Positions 28,759 to 39,305 of a stretch of 64,000 bases of DNA are shown here, piece by piece (the stretch's first letter is position 1; each line of letters begins with the position of its first letter). The notes beneath the pieces are model-generated. The model was not told where the DNA came from, made no database searches, and saw only the letters and a program-made list of their open reading frames with translations. Source of the stretch: a virus. A program made the position numbers and the translations under genes. The stretch is taken from positions 6,059-70,058 of IMG/VR virus record IMGVR_UViG_3300033145_001324; one strand, 5' to 3'.

Positions 28759-29433
28759 ATGGATAATCTTAATTGTAAAATAGGGAAGAAATATAAGCTT
28801 ACTGAAATTAAGGAGAAAGAGAGTTTTTTGTGGGATAAATTTTTTACAGGTTTTTTTGCGTTTAATGCTGTGAATTTTTCTAAAGACATTGTTTCTTTAT
28901 TTAGTATTAGAAAACTTATAATATACGCTTTAATAGCACTGACGCTTGTAGGATATGGATGGTATCGAGGGCGTTCAGAACAACCTCTTATGATTGATAT
29001 TGGAGATTATAAAGAATCTTTTATAAAACTTCATGATGACACCTTGCTTCATATTGATGAGAATGGAAATGTTACAATAGAAACTGCTGATGGAAAAATT
29101 ATAAAGAGATTAAAGGCAAAAGATTTGGATGCCCTAAGAAAACAACTCAAACCTTTTGGGTTTATACTGGAACCAATCGCTGTAGTAGGAGGTAGCATAG
29201 GCACAGATGGGTCTATGTCAGGAGAAGCAGGTGTAGGTGTGAGCTGGTTTAAAGCTTGGAAGATAAGATTAGATTCCTTCATAACAACTGCTGGTGTTTA
29301 TCCTATAGGAGTTTCTTACAAGCTTGATGGTATAGGATTAGATAACTCTGCTGTTGGTATAGCAATTGGGACTGGATATAATAATTTCCTTGAAGACAAA
29401 AGGATTATGGCATATTTCTCAATAAGATTTTAA
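28759..29433 (+). CDS. Membrane protein with C-terminal amphipathic beta-strands
   Basis: TM LIIYALIALTLVGYGWY; Gly-rich alternating strands; ends YFSIRF. Confidence 0.55.
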   Translation: MDNLNCKIGKKYKLTEIKEKESFLWDKFFTGFFAFNAVNFSKDIVSLFSIRKLIIYALIALTLVGYGWYRGRSEQPLMIDIGDYKESFIKLHDDTLLHIDENGNVTIETADGKIIKRLKAKDLDALRKQLKPFGFILEPIAVVGGSIGTDGSMSGEAGVGVSWFKAWKIRLDSFITTAGVYPIGVSYKLDGIGLDNSAVGIAIGTGYNNFLEDKRIMAYFSIRF

Positions 29434-30140
29434 ATAAGGAGGTTATTATGTTTTCATGGAATCAATTAATTGTGCTTTTAATTGCTATAATCGGAATTAT
29501 GACTTGTGATATTATTATTATAAAGGCGATAAAAGATTTAACTACAACTTTGGAATATATTTTAACTGAACTGGAAGATTATAGGAGAATAAAATAATGA
29601 GCATACATAAAACATTTAAGAAAAGGCGGGGGATTTTTAAATCTGTAAAAAGTCGTTTAGAAAGATATTTAAAATTAATTAAAGATGGAAAAGAAGTTAA
29701 TTCTGTTTTTGGATTTCCTAAAGAAAAGATTTTACGTCGAAAAAAAATTAAGAAGAAAGAAGAAGTTGTAGAAACTACTACAGAGGAGAATGAAAATGAG
29801 TAATATACAACAATGCCATAAATGTAAATTATGTCTACCCCGCCAATATTTGACAATTGTTTCGGCAAGAAGTGGTTCGGGTAAAATTATGCAGGTTTTA
29901 GTTTGTAATAATTGTCGTAACGTTATTATAGCTCAACAAGCAGGAGGCAACTAATGTTATCAGGTAAAGATTATAATAGAATGTTGCATGATTTAAAACG
30001 AGTTTCCCGTTGTATTAAATTAGTTAGAGAAGAAGAAAAACGGGAAAAAAGGAATCTTATTCTTGAACTGCTATTAAATGAAGTAGACCGTTTATTTGAA
30101 GACCTTGAAGACGCAAAAATTTCAACAAACAATTAATTTT

Positions 30141-30188
30141 AAAAAATAGATTATTTACTTGACTGATACCTTTAAAATATGATATAAT
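30141..30188 (+). promoter_or_regulatory. Class A promoter
   Basis: AAATAGATTATTTAC-TTGACT-18 bp-(TGA)TATAAT. Confidence 0.8.
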
Positions 30189-30778
30189 AAATTAAAGAGG
30201 AGAATTGAAAAATGGAAATAAAAACTAAAAAGCAGATAGAAAGTTGTATTAAAAAAGTTACTAAAACCTATTTAAAATTACCAGAATATTCTGGTTTCGG
30301 AGACCCCAATTGGAAAATAGGAAATAAAATAGTAGAGACTCTGAAAAAATGTATTGGCAAAGATAAATACCAACTTCAAGAAAACTCTGAAACTTTACTT
30401 GATGTTCTTGGTGAAGATTATATGGACGAACCTTTAGGTAAAGCAGTTATAGATGTTTATGATTGGATTCTTGGTATTGTAGACGATTTATGCTAAAAGA
30501 ATATATTTTACAATATAAGAAGGGGGAATTAAAATGAATAGAGATATTTATTCAGAAAAAGAATTAAAACTATACGATTATATTGTCATGAGCGTAAAAG
30601 ATATTACTGTCGAATTAATAAAGACTGAATTAGGAGAAGAATATCTTGGAGCATTGGGTAAATTACTGAGAGACGAATTAATAGATGGCAACAAAAAAAA
30701 TGTGGGGACTATTTCCAATCTTAATCCGTATGGTAGGAAATGGACAAAATGTTATACGATAAAAGAGGAGAAAGAATA

Positions 30779-31033
30779 ATGCCTTATATTAAAAAAGAAT
30801 TTAGAGGAAAATATGATTTAATTATTGATAATCTTCCTGAAATAGAAGGTAAGGGAGATTTAGAATATATTGTTTTTAAAATAATGAAAAAATTCATGTC
30901 AACAAGAGAATTTAGATATTCCACTTTACACGAAGTGGTTTATGCTATAATGCATTGTAGCGATGAGTATAGAAGAAGGTATTTGGATAAAAGAGAAGAC
31001 TCAGCATTAAAAGACAACGGAGATGTAAAATGA
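30779..31033 (+). CDS. DUF6899-like phage protein
   Basis: MPYIK...GDLEY...EYRRR....ED.....NGDV; start reassigned. Confidence 0.6.
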   Translation: MPYIKKEFRGKYDLIIDNLPEIEGKGDLEYIVFKIMKKFMSTREFRYSTLHEVVYAIMHCSDEYRRRYLDKREDSALKDNGDVK

Positions 31034-31674
31034 AGGATTATAAACGATATAGACTAACAACTTACACCGCAGGAGCTATTGAGCACGTATCAAATAAGGA
31101 GATGAAATCTTGGAGAGATGAAATAAGTGATAAATTAAATTCTCCTGATTTATTGATTTATGACCCAGTTGCTCAAGAATCTATGAAAGTAGGTAAAAAA
31201 TCTTCTCAACAAGTAGAATATATTAAAGGGCTGAAGAAGAGTGGTAATTATGATTTATTTTATGATGAAATGTGGAAGATTTGGTTTGGTTCTATTTCAC
31301 AAAATACTGATATAATGCAATTACTTAGTAACTTACGTATGAGAAAGCATATAGATGGTAATCATAGAGAAGAAATAAGATATTGGGGAGATGCGGAAGC
31401 TGTTATCAGAAGTGATTTTATTATTTGCTACATGCCATCCAAAGTAAAAACTGTAGGAACTATATATGAAGTTATGTTGGCATTTTTGTTTCGTATTCCT
31501 ATATATTTAATTTTACCTGATTCTTCCAAAACAGATGCCAACAGTTCACTAATTTTTGGAGTTCAAATTACAAAAGGTAAAATATTTTATAGCGTAAATG
31601 AATGTGTTAAATTTATCAAAGAAGATTATAAGTTATCTGAAGAATTAGAATCGAAAGAAGAAAACAAGGAGTAA
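31030..31674 (+). CDS. Nucleoside 2-deoxyribosyltransferase / nucleotide N-hydrolase-like protein
   Basis: YTAGAIE..WR, DP, D...IRSDFII, GTIYE motifs. Confidence 0.7.
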   Translation: MKDYKRYRLTTYTAGAIEHVSNKEMKSWRDEISDKLNSPDLLIYDPVAQESMKVGKKSSQQVEYIKGLKKSGNYDLFYDEMWKIWFGSISQNTDIMQLLSNLRMRKHIDGNHREEIRYWGDAEAVIRSDFIICYMPSKVKTVGTIYEVMLAFLFRIPIYLILPDSSKTDANSSLIFGVQITKGKIFYSVNECVKFIKEDYKLSEELESKEENKE

Positions 31675-32001
31675 ATATGTATTTATGTTATTGCGACAAA
31701 TGCACTCTACCTATTAAAGAGGGGGATAAAAAATTTATCTTTATGATTAATGAATCGGAACATCCAAAACTTAAAGAAGAGAAAGATTATAATAGTGGAA
31801 TGGAATCTCCACAAGAATTATTAAATATGATATTAGCTCAAAAAGAGCACATAAAAACCTATGAAATTTGTGCAACATGTAAACGTGTGCTTGACCATTT
31901 TATTAATTTACGTGCGTCTAAAGTTCAAAAAATTGCAAAAATTCTTGATAAATTAGATAAAAAAGAAGAAACTATAATTTTACCAGAAGGAGAAAACGGA
32001 A

Positions 32002-32394
32002 ATGTCTAAGAAAAATAAAACCACTGATACAGGAGTAATAAGAAAATTTTCAACAGGAGCATCCAGGGACACTGCCAAAGATAAATTAGATTTTGAAGCG
32101 TTTTTATCTCCAGAAGTTCTTTTAAAATATGCTGAATACATGCATAAGAATAGGAAACAAAGTGATGGCAGTTTACGAGAAGGAGATAACTGGCAGAAAG
32201 GTTTTGGAGACAATCATTTTGCTGTATGTATGAAAAGTTTATATAGACATTTTATGGATTTATGGATGGAACATAGAAATTTAGGCAGTAGAGAAGGTAT
32301 TGATAATGCAATTTGTGGCATTATGTTTAATGTTATGGCATATTATCATAAAGTTTTAATGGATAGATTAAAGAAGGAAGGGAAAAAGAAATGA
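32002..32394 (+). CDS. dATP/dGTP diphosphohydrolase-like (DUF5664) protein
   Basis: RKFSTGASRD..K.DF...LSP, DNWQKG, SLYRH, IMFN. Confidence 0.7.
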   Translation: MSKKNKTTDTGVIRKFSTGASRDTAKDKLDFEAFLSPEVLLKYAEYMHKNRKQSDGSLREGDNWQKGFGDNHFAVCMKSLYRHFMDLWMEHRNLGSREGIDNAICGIMFNVMAYYHKVLMDRLKKEGKKK

Positions 32395-32580
32395 CTCCGA
32401 ACGAGAGGAATATAATTGGTTGGTGTGCTTATTGTAAATCAGAAATATATGAAAACGATTCTTATGTTATTCAGTGTGATAATAAATATCATATTGATTG
32501 CTTTGATTTAATAAAAACTGATACTTTTGGTAGAGATACTGATGATTTTACAGAAACTAATTTTTAATGAAAGGATTGAA

Positions 32581-32790
32581 ATGAAAATTATTGGTAAGAA
32601 AATTCTTTTATCAGAAAAAGATAATCAAAATATTGAAAATTTCGATAAAGCTTTACGCAAATTTAAAAAGGCTATTCGTAATTTGGGTATATTGAAAGAA
32701 TTAAAAGACAGAAGAAGTTTCGAGAAGCCAAGTGTAAAGAAACGAAAGAAAAGATTAGAGAGTCAACGTAATAATAAGAGGAAGAAATGA
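32581..32790 (+). CDS. rpsU: Ribosomal protein bS21
   Basis: FDKALRKFKK...GILKELKDRRSFEKPSVKKRKK. Confidence 0.85.
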   Translation: MKIIGKKILLSEKDNQNIENFDKALRKFKKAIRNLGILKELKDRRSFEKPSVKKRKKRLESQRNNKRKK

Positions 32791-34637
32791 TAAACGAATC
32801 CGAAGGAAAAATAGTTGTTCTTGATTGGGCTGTATTTATGTATATGGCTATTTTCGGCACAAGACGACCTGGAAGCATGTCTTCAACTTATGTTGGGCTA
32901 AGTATGATTCTTTCTTGCCTACGAAAAATAGGTATCGAGCCACAGGATACGGTTTATCTTGCAGTGGATTTTCTTAAAAGTTGGAGAAAACAATATGCTG
33001 AAGAATATAAAGCCGATAGAAAGGCAAAGTTGGACGCTCATACAGATATTAATTGGGATAAAGAATATAAAGCTTTTAATGAACTGTTAAATAACTTGAA
33101 CCGAGGCACGGATTGGATTGTCGTGAAAGGTGAGCATTGTTTGGCTGGTAATACTTTTATTAAAGTAAAAAACAGAGATAAATATATAAATCAACTTAAA
33201 ATTAATGATAAAGTGCTTACTTATAATTTTAAAAAGAAAATATTCGAATATAATAAAATTTTAAAAATTTATAGACATAAAACAAATGAATACTTGGAAT
33301 TGGAGTTTTTTCAAAACAAAACAAAATTAATTATAACTCCTGAACATAAAGTTTATACAAATAATGGTTGGCGTAAAGCAAAGAATTTAAAAATTAAAGA
33401 TGTTATATACACTTATCAAGATTATCAATTACTTTTAAACCAAAAAAATCAATTTATGTTAGGATATTTAACTGGATTAGTAGAAGGAGATGGCTGGATA
33501 CATAGACAAAAGCGAGCGTGTGCCATTTCTATGTGCGATTTAGAACCTGTTAAATATGCACAATTTATAATAAAAAAATTAACGGGTAAAGAATATAAAA
33601 TTGATGATAGAGAAGCTCGAAAAGTTCACTGGAAAAGAACAAAAACTATAACAATTTACAATAAAAGTTTTCTACAGCTACTTTCAGATTGTATGAAAAA
33701 CCATGGTTCAAATAAAGAGTTTATGAAAGGATTTTTGAGTGCATTTTATGATGCGGAAGGAGCATTAGGGAAAACAAAAGAATATGCTTACGGATTAATT
33801 CGTATATCTAATACAGACAAAAAGTTAATATTATATTGTCAAAAGATTTTAGATGTTTTTAAAATAGAGTATAAAGTTTATAAATTCAAAAATTACAATG
33901 GAAATAAAAGACATAAAGACATATATAGAATAGATATAAATAAACAAAAATATGTTAGGGAATTTTTTGAGAAATTTTATCCTCAAATAAAGAGGAAAAC
34001 CCCAGAAACTTTGAAAAATGGAATTCAAATCAGAAAAATCAATTTTATTAAAAATAATAATGAAATAAAAACTTATAATATAGAAACAAAAAATGAAAAT
34101 TATTTTGCTAATGGTATGCTGGTGCATAACTGCGAAGCAGACGACTTGGCATCACATATAGTCCGTCATAACAGAAATAAAGAGGTTGTTCTTGTCACTA
34201 TCGACGGAGATTGGCAACAAATGTGGCAATTCGGAGATAATGTAAAAATATTTTCTCCTAAAACAAAGCCCCGTCGATACAAAGTCAAGCCTAAAAATTA
34301 TAACTTCGCCCTTGAGCTTGCGAAGAAAATAAAATGTGAGAGGTCTGATAATTTAATTTCTGAGATTAAAACTGAGGAAGATTATGAAATTAGAAAGATG
34401 CTTGTTGACCTTACTACGCTTCCAATATTTATTGAAAAGCAAATAGATGATATTTTTGCTAATTTAAAAGAGAAAGAAAATATAGATATAAATTGTATTC
34501 CTTATGACAGTTTAAGAGAAAAGATAGAAACTTTATATAATGATAAAGAATATATTGTTACGTATAAATGGTCAGAGGCATTTGAAGAACGCAAAACTAA
34601 ACGAGTAGCAAATAAAAGAAAGAAGGTAAAAAAATGA
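32787..34637 (+). CDS. 5'-3' exonuclease (T5 D15/T4 RNase H-like) with intein
   Basis: VVLD, SWRK...YKADR, EADD, TIDGDWQQ. Confidence 0.85.
   Translation: MINESEGKIVVLDWAVFMYMAIFGTRRPGSMSSTYVGLSMILSCLRKIGIEPQDTVYLAVDFLKSWRKQYAEEYKADRKAKLDAHTDINWDKEYKAFNELLNNLNRGTDWIVVKGEHCLAGNTFIKVKNRDKYINQLKINDKVLTYNFKKKIFEYNKILKIYRHKTNEYLELEFFQNKTKLIITPEHKVYTNNGWRKAKNLKIKDVIYTYQDYQLLLNQKNQFMLGYLTGLVEGDGWIHRQKRACAISMCDLEPVKYAQFIIKKLTGKEYKIDDREARKVHWKRTKTITIYNKSFLQLLSDCMKNHGSNKEFMKGFLSAFYDAEGALGKTKEYAYGLIRISNTDKKLILYCQKILDVFKIEYKVYKFKNYNGNKRHKDIYRIDINKQKYVREFFEKFYPQIKRKTPETLKNGIQIRKINFIKNNNEIKTYNIETKNENYFANGMLVHNCEADDLASHIVRHNRNKEVVLVTIDGDWQQMWQFGDNVKIFSPKTKPRRYKVKPKNYNFALELAKKIKCERSDNLISEIKTEEDYEIRKMLVDLTTLPIFIEKQIDDIFANLKEKENIDINCIPYDSLREKIETLYNDKEYIVTYKWSEAFEERKTKRVANKRKKVKK
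33138..34130 (+). mobile_element. Intein with LAGLIDADG endonuclease (331 aa)
   Basis: CLAGNT start, TPEH block B, LVEGDG and FYDAEG, NYFANGMLVHN|C end. Confidence 0.9.
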
Positions 34638-34743
34638 AGAATACTTGTTTTTGTTGTAAAAAAGAAAAAGAAATTATGATTATTATCGATGGACGATATG
34701 TATGTGATAAATGTAATCATATAAAAAATAAGGAGAAAAAATA

Positions 34744-35274
34744 ATGTCTTATATTTTTAAAGTAGCTTATAAGAAAGGTCAGAAGATATTGTTAAAGATA
34801 GATACTCAAGATGGAAGCGATACTCCAGTTCAATGGATGAATACAACAGAAGCAGTTTATAATTATGTTAAAGAATCTTTTGAAGATGGAGATGAGATTG
34901 GTATCGAGTATACTAAAAAAGGTAAACTTTATCATGTTACAAGGGTAAATAAAGAAGGTAAATGTAAAGAATTATCAGGAGATGACCAGAAGGAATCTAT
35001 TCCGCAAGAATCTTCTTCTAATAACCTTGTTTGTGAAGATTGTGGCAAAGAATTAAAAAGCGATAAATATAAAAAATGTTATACTTGTAATCAAAAGAAT
35101 CCATCTGGGGGATTTACTCAGAGAAGTCCAGAAACTGTAGCATCTATTAAGACTCAATGTGCCTATAAAGCAGCAGCAACAGCTCTTTTAGTATTTACAG
35201 GACAAATTGCAGATATAAAAACTCTTAAAGAACAATTAGACGATTTAGCTGAACATATTTTATCAAAATTCTAA
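34744..35274 (+). CDS. OB-fold-like/Zn-finger protein, possible ssDNA-binding protein
   Basis: GDEIGIEY..KG...VT beta pattern, CEDC..CYTC; position after exonuclease. Confidence 0.3.
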   Translation: MSYIFKVAYKKGQKILLKIDTQDGSDTPVQWMNTTEAVYNYVKESFEDGDEIGIEYTKKGKLYHVTRVNKEGKCKELSGDDQKESIPQESSSNNLVCEDCGKELKSDKYKKCYTCNQKNPSGGFTQRSPETVASIKTQCAYKAAATALLVFTGQIADIKTLKEQLDDLAEHILSKF

Positions 35275-35287
35275 AACAGGAGGTATC

Positions 35288-35908
35288 ATGGCTAAGAAAG
35301 CGAAAAAAGTTATTAAGGTAAAGAAAAATGTTAAATCTAATAAGAAAAGACTAAAAAAGAAATCACGTAAATTTATTTATAAACATGAGATAAAAATAGA
35401 CCAATTATTGCTTCATCATAGGCAAGTGTTTCTTTCTGGAACAATCGATACCGAATCTGCTCATAAAATAACTACAAGTTTAATAGGTTTGGATATGTAT
35501 GCAAGAGGTGAGCCCATTGTTCTTTGGATAAACTCACGGGGAGGCAGTGTGTATGACGGGTTTGCTATTATAGATTGTATCAACGGATTAATTTCTCCTG
35601 TAATGACTATTATAAACGGAGAAGCTTGTTCAATGGGAGGTATAATTTCTATTTTTGGCAAAGAACGGTATATGACAAAAAATGCTGTGTGGATGGCTCA
35701 TGATTTAACATCAGGAGCTTATGATTATATTTCCAAAGCCAAATACAGAATACAAAATGGCTTAAAATTACAATCAAAAGTAATGCAAATGTTTAGAGAT
35801 AAAACTAAATTAACGGAAGATGATTTGGAGCAAGTTCGTCATGGAGAATTATGGTTGGATGCCACTGAGTGTAAGAAGAAAGGTATTGTTGACCATATAT
35901 TAACCTAA
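35288..35908 (+). CDS. clpP: ClpP-family protease with basic N-terminal extension
   Basis: INSRGGSV.DG, GEACSMG (Ser), MAH (His), LWLDATECKKKGIVD. Confidence 0.85.
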   Translation: MAKKAKKVIKVKKNVKSNKKRLKKKSRKFIYKHEIKIDQLLLHHRQVFLSGTIDTESAHKITTSLIGLDMYARGEPIVLWINSRGGSVYDGFAIIDCINGLISPVMTIINGEACSMGGIISIFGKERYMTKNAVWMAHDLTSGAYDYISKAKYRIQNGLKLQSKVMQMFRDKTKLTEDDLEQVRHGELWLDATECKKKGIVDHILT

Positions 35909-35935
35909 TGGTTTACAACTGAGAGGAGTAGAAGT

Positions 35936-36835
35936 ATGAGGAAATATAAGATTGGAAGAATTTTATTAGCCTGTTTATTGATATGTAATATGATAGCGTT
36001 AGGTGGGATGTCTTATGTTGGATATTCTCAATCAGGGTTTATAGCTATGTTAGAAAATAAAATAGACATTCTTGCTCAACGCAATGAGGAGTTAATTTAT
36101 TCGTTGGAAAAAACTCTTTTAATAGTGATGGAAAGTGTAGTAGGTTTAGGCGATAAAGCATTTGACATAGAAAAAACAATTAATAAAATGCTTGAATATA
36201 GAAAATTATTAGAAAAATCTATAGAATCAAAAAAAGATATTGATTTGGATAATGTAAAGGGAATAAAGGAAGCCAATGTATTAATAAAAAATCTTACAAA
36301 AGGTTGTTTGGGTTCAGGAACGCATATAAAAATAAATGACGAAAGTTATGTGCTTACTTGTGCTCATTTGGTAGAAGGTGACCTAAAAGACAATCTTTTG
36401 GTTATAGTATCTGATAGAGGAACATGGTCTAAAGCTGAAATTGTTAAATACAATAAAACAAAAGATTTAATGCTGCTGAAAGTTCCTCAATTAAAAAATA
36501 ATTATTATCTTAAAATTTCAGATAAGGCTCCAAAAGTGGGAAGCGAAGTAATTGTTATAGGCAACCCTGCTGGAATAATTGATATGATTACTAATGGTAT
36601 AATTACACAAGTAAATTCTAAAGGATATTATCTTATTACAAATAAAATTTGGTTTGGTAATAGTGGATGTTCATTATTATATAAAGGCGAATTAGTAGGA
36701 GTTATAAGTCAAATTCTTGCCTTTTCTTCAGTAAATCCTTTCGGCAGAGTAGTTGCTCAAAATTATGGTAAAGTAGTTGGATTAGGAGAAATTAAAACTT
36801 TTTTAAAGGAGTCTAATTATGAGTCGACCGAATAG
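35936..36835 (+). CDS. Membrane-anchored trypsin-like serine protease
   Basis: N-terminal hydrophobic helix, coiled coil, LTCAH, DLMLL, GNSG triad motifs. Confidence 0.85.
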   Translation: MRKYKIGRILLACLLICNMIALGGMSYVGYSQSGFIAMLENKIDILAQRNEELIYSLEKTLLIVMESVVGLGDKAFDIEKTINKMLEYRKLLEKSIESKKDIDLDNVKGIKEANVLIKNLTKGCLGSGTHIKINDESYVLTCAHLVEGDLKDNLLVIVSDRGTWSKAEIVKYNKTKDLMLLKVPQLKNNYYLKISDKAPKVGSEVIVIGNPAGIIDMITNGIITQVNSKGYYLITNKIWFGNSGCSLLYKGELVGVISQILAFSSVNPFGRVVAQNYGKVVGLGEIKTFLKESNYESTE

Positions 36836-37535
36836 AGTAAATAATCAATTTTATCGCAAATTACGATTAAACAAAAGTTTGATGGAAGTAATAAGTCATT
36901 TTAGATATATTAAAAAATGTTTAATGGCGGAAAATGAAATAATGAAACATCAACAAAACAAGGATAGTAAAAATGATTAAACTGCCTAAATCAAAACATA
37001 AATATGGATATACCCGAAAAGAAATTCTTGATATTATTAGACCTTTAAAAATACATCATCAGACTTTTTGGAAGAAATTTGGAGTAAATACTTGTGCAAT
37101 ACATCCTGAAACAAAAGAATCTCTTATGTATGGTTGCGATATTGAATTAGCAATTAGATGTTGTTTACAAAAAAGAGATAAAACTGTATGGGAATGGGAT
37201 TAAAAATGAAGAAAAAAATAAAGCAAAAAAGAAAGAAAAAAAATAAGTCTAAACCATTTTCTGTTCCTATTAAAGAAGTATGGAGAACTTGAGATATACA
37301 TTAAATGAGGCAATAAAATGGGCGAAAAGACAAGAACCAATTATAGAATAAATATCTGTTTAAAAGAAGATTGTATTTCACGTCCTTTAAAATGCGACAA
37401 GTGCTTTGCTTATAATGAATATAAGAGTAAAAAGTATTGCACTTGTAAAGGATTAATAACTCATTCAGGTGGATTTGTTTTAGCGACTCAAAAAGAATTG
37501 ATAATATGTAATAACTGTGGAAAAGAGATGAAGAT

Positions 37536-37973
37536 ATGAAAAGAAAAATTATAACTAACCTCAAAGAACTTAGAAAACCCAGTGAAATTGTAACTGATTT
37601 CTCAGAAGTTCCTTCTATAATTGAAGACCTGGAGGATAGTCTGGACAGAACCAAAGGAATAGGACTTAGTGCTGTCCAAATAGGAATTTATAAGCAGGTA
37701 GGAATTATCAGAATCCCTAATAAAAAAATCGATTTAATTAATCCTGTCCTGATAGAAAAATATGATAAATTTCGAATGGAAAAAGAGGGTTGTTTGTCTC
37801 TTCCAGGGATAAGAATAAATACTTTACGTTATAAAGAAATTACTATAGAAAATAATGGTAAACAATATACGTTTGATATACAGCTTGATGGGATTCTCTG
37901 TATCGCAGTCCAGCATGAGATTCAGCATATGAGTGGAAGAGTTATATTAGATTCTAAGTGGAGGAAGAAATGA
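37536..37973 (+). CDS. def: Peptide deformylase
   Basis: GIGLSAVQIG, EGCLS, QHEIQH. Confidence 0.92.
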   Translation: MKRKIITNLKELRKPSEIVTDFSEVPSIIEDLEDSLDRTKGIGLSAVQIGIYKQVGIIRIPNKKIDLINPVLIEKYDKFRMEKEGCLSLPGIRINTLRYKEITIENNGKQYTFDIQLDGILCIAVQHEIQHMSGRVILDSKWRKK

Positions 37974-38656
37974 ATAATTTTATATGGATAATGATTTTAG
38001 AGTATTTATATTTTTGGTTTGTTATTATGCTATCAATTCTTATTCATGAATTAGGACATCTTCTTGTAGCTTTGTGGTGTAAAGTGCCAGTAGAAACTTT
38101 CTGTATAGGCTTTGGAAAACCTATTATATGGAAAAAGAAATGGAAAGGTATTACTTGGCAGATAACCCCCTGGTTGATTGGAGGATACACTTCTCTTTAC
38201 GGAGAAACTAATATAAAGAAGAAAAAAGGTTTCCTTGCTCAAAGATGGTCTAAAAAAGTTGCTATTCTTTTAGCTGGTGTAACAATGAATTTTATTTTAG
38301 CCTGTATATGTTATCTTATAATGTATCAAAATATTTGGACAGGGTTAAAAATAGATTTTGCTATAATGAGTGTATTTTTTACAAGAGATTTAACTATAAT
38401 ATACACTTTATTATTATCTAACAATTTTCATCCTTTCTTGATTCAAATAAGTTTAATAAATATTTTCTGTGTAATAACAAATATATTTCCCTTCCCTGCA
38501 TTGGATGGAGGACTTATTTGGTTAGCATGGTGTGAAAAATTATTTAAACGTAAAAAGGATTTCGAAAATTTTAGTAATAGAATAAATAAATGGGGTTTCT
38601 GGACTTTAATGTGGGGACAAATTGTTTTAATCGGTTATATAATGATAAGGAGATAA
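37970..38656 (+). CDS. Site-2 (M50, RseP-like, PDZ-less) intramembrane protease
   Basis: IHELGH, F.IGFG, GGY, AGV.MN, NIFPFPALDGG. Confidence 0.88.
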   Translation: MNNFIWIMILEYLYFWFVIMLSILIHELGHLLVALWCKVPVETFCIGFGKPIIWKKKWKGITWQITPWLIGGYTSLYGETNIKKKKGFLAQRWSKKVAILLAGVTMNFILACICYLIMYQNIWTGLKIDFAIMSVFFTRDLTIIYTLLLSNNFHPFLIQISLINIFCVITNIFPFPALDGGLIWLAWCEKLFKRKKDFENFSNRINKWGFWTLMWGQIVLIGYIMIRR

Positions 38657-38822
38657 ACAAAATGCGAAAAGATGCTAAGAATGCTCGTAGGACGAAATGT
38701 GCATATTCTAAATGCAATAAAGACCCTTTCCTTAAAAATATTGCGTATTATTATAAAGGAATATATTATTGCAATAAGAACCACAGAATAAAAGCTTGTA
38801 AAGAGGAAGGTAAATCTGTTTC

Positions 38823-39305
38823 ATGAAAAAAACATCTTTAGAATATTCATTAGAATATGAAAAATTGTTTATATATATGGTGGAAGTTCTTGAAAAAAAA
38901 CTTCATTTCAAGAAAGATACTTTTACTATAAAAAAGGATAACAGAATACGTGGTTTATGTATTGAGTTATATAATTATATAGATGGAAACAACGAAGATT
39001 GTTATATGATAACTTATAACAGTAAAAAGTTACTTAATAAGGTAGAAATGTTGATGGGAATACTTCATGAACTTGGTCATTGTCGAAAAAAACATTTAAC
39101 CATTAATCATGGATTATCCCTTGAAGAAATGGAATATCAAGCAGAAGAGTTCGCTTTAGATGCTATAAAAAAATATTATAGCAAATATTATAAGAAAGCT
39201 CTTAATTTATTAAATCGTTATATAGACGGACCTGATAATTTATATTCAAGAGCTTTTGGTAAATTATATAGAGAAAGAATAGAGGAATTAAATGCGAAAA
39301 AGTGA
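38823..39305 (+). CDS. HExxH metallopeptidase-like (IrrE/ImmA-like) protein
   Basis: LHELGH ... EYQAEEFA. Confidence 0.6.
   Translation: MKKTSLEYSLEYEKLFIYMVEVLEKKLHFKKDTFTIKKDNRIRGLCIELYNYIDGNNEDCYMITYNSKKLLNKVEMLMGILHELGHCRKKHLTINHGLSLEEMEYQAEEFALDAIKKYYSKYYKKALNLLNRYIDGPDNLYSRAFGKLYRERIEELNAKK

Noticed and set aside
29830-29890. GC-richer patch with GGTTCG suggesting a tRNA T-loop
   Set aside because: No cloverleaf; it reads as a small Cys-containing ORF (MSNIQQCHKC...).
35288-35908. ClpP as prohead maturation protease
   Set aside because: No portal or capsid genes nearby; it lies in the auxiliary block, so that role is unsupported.
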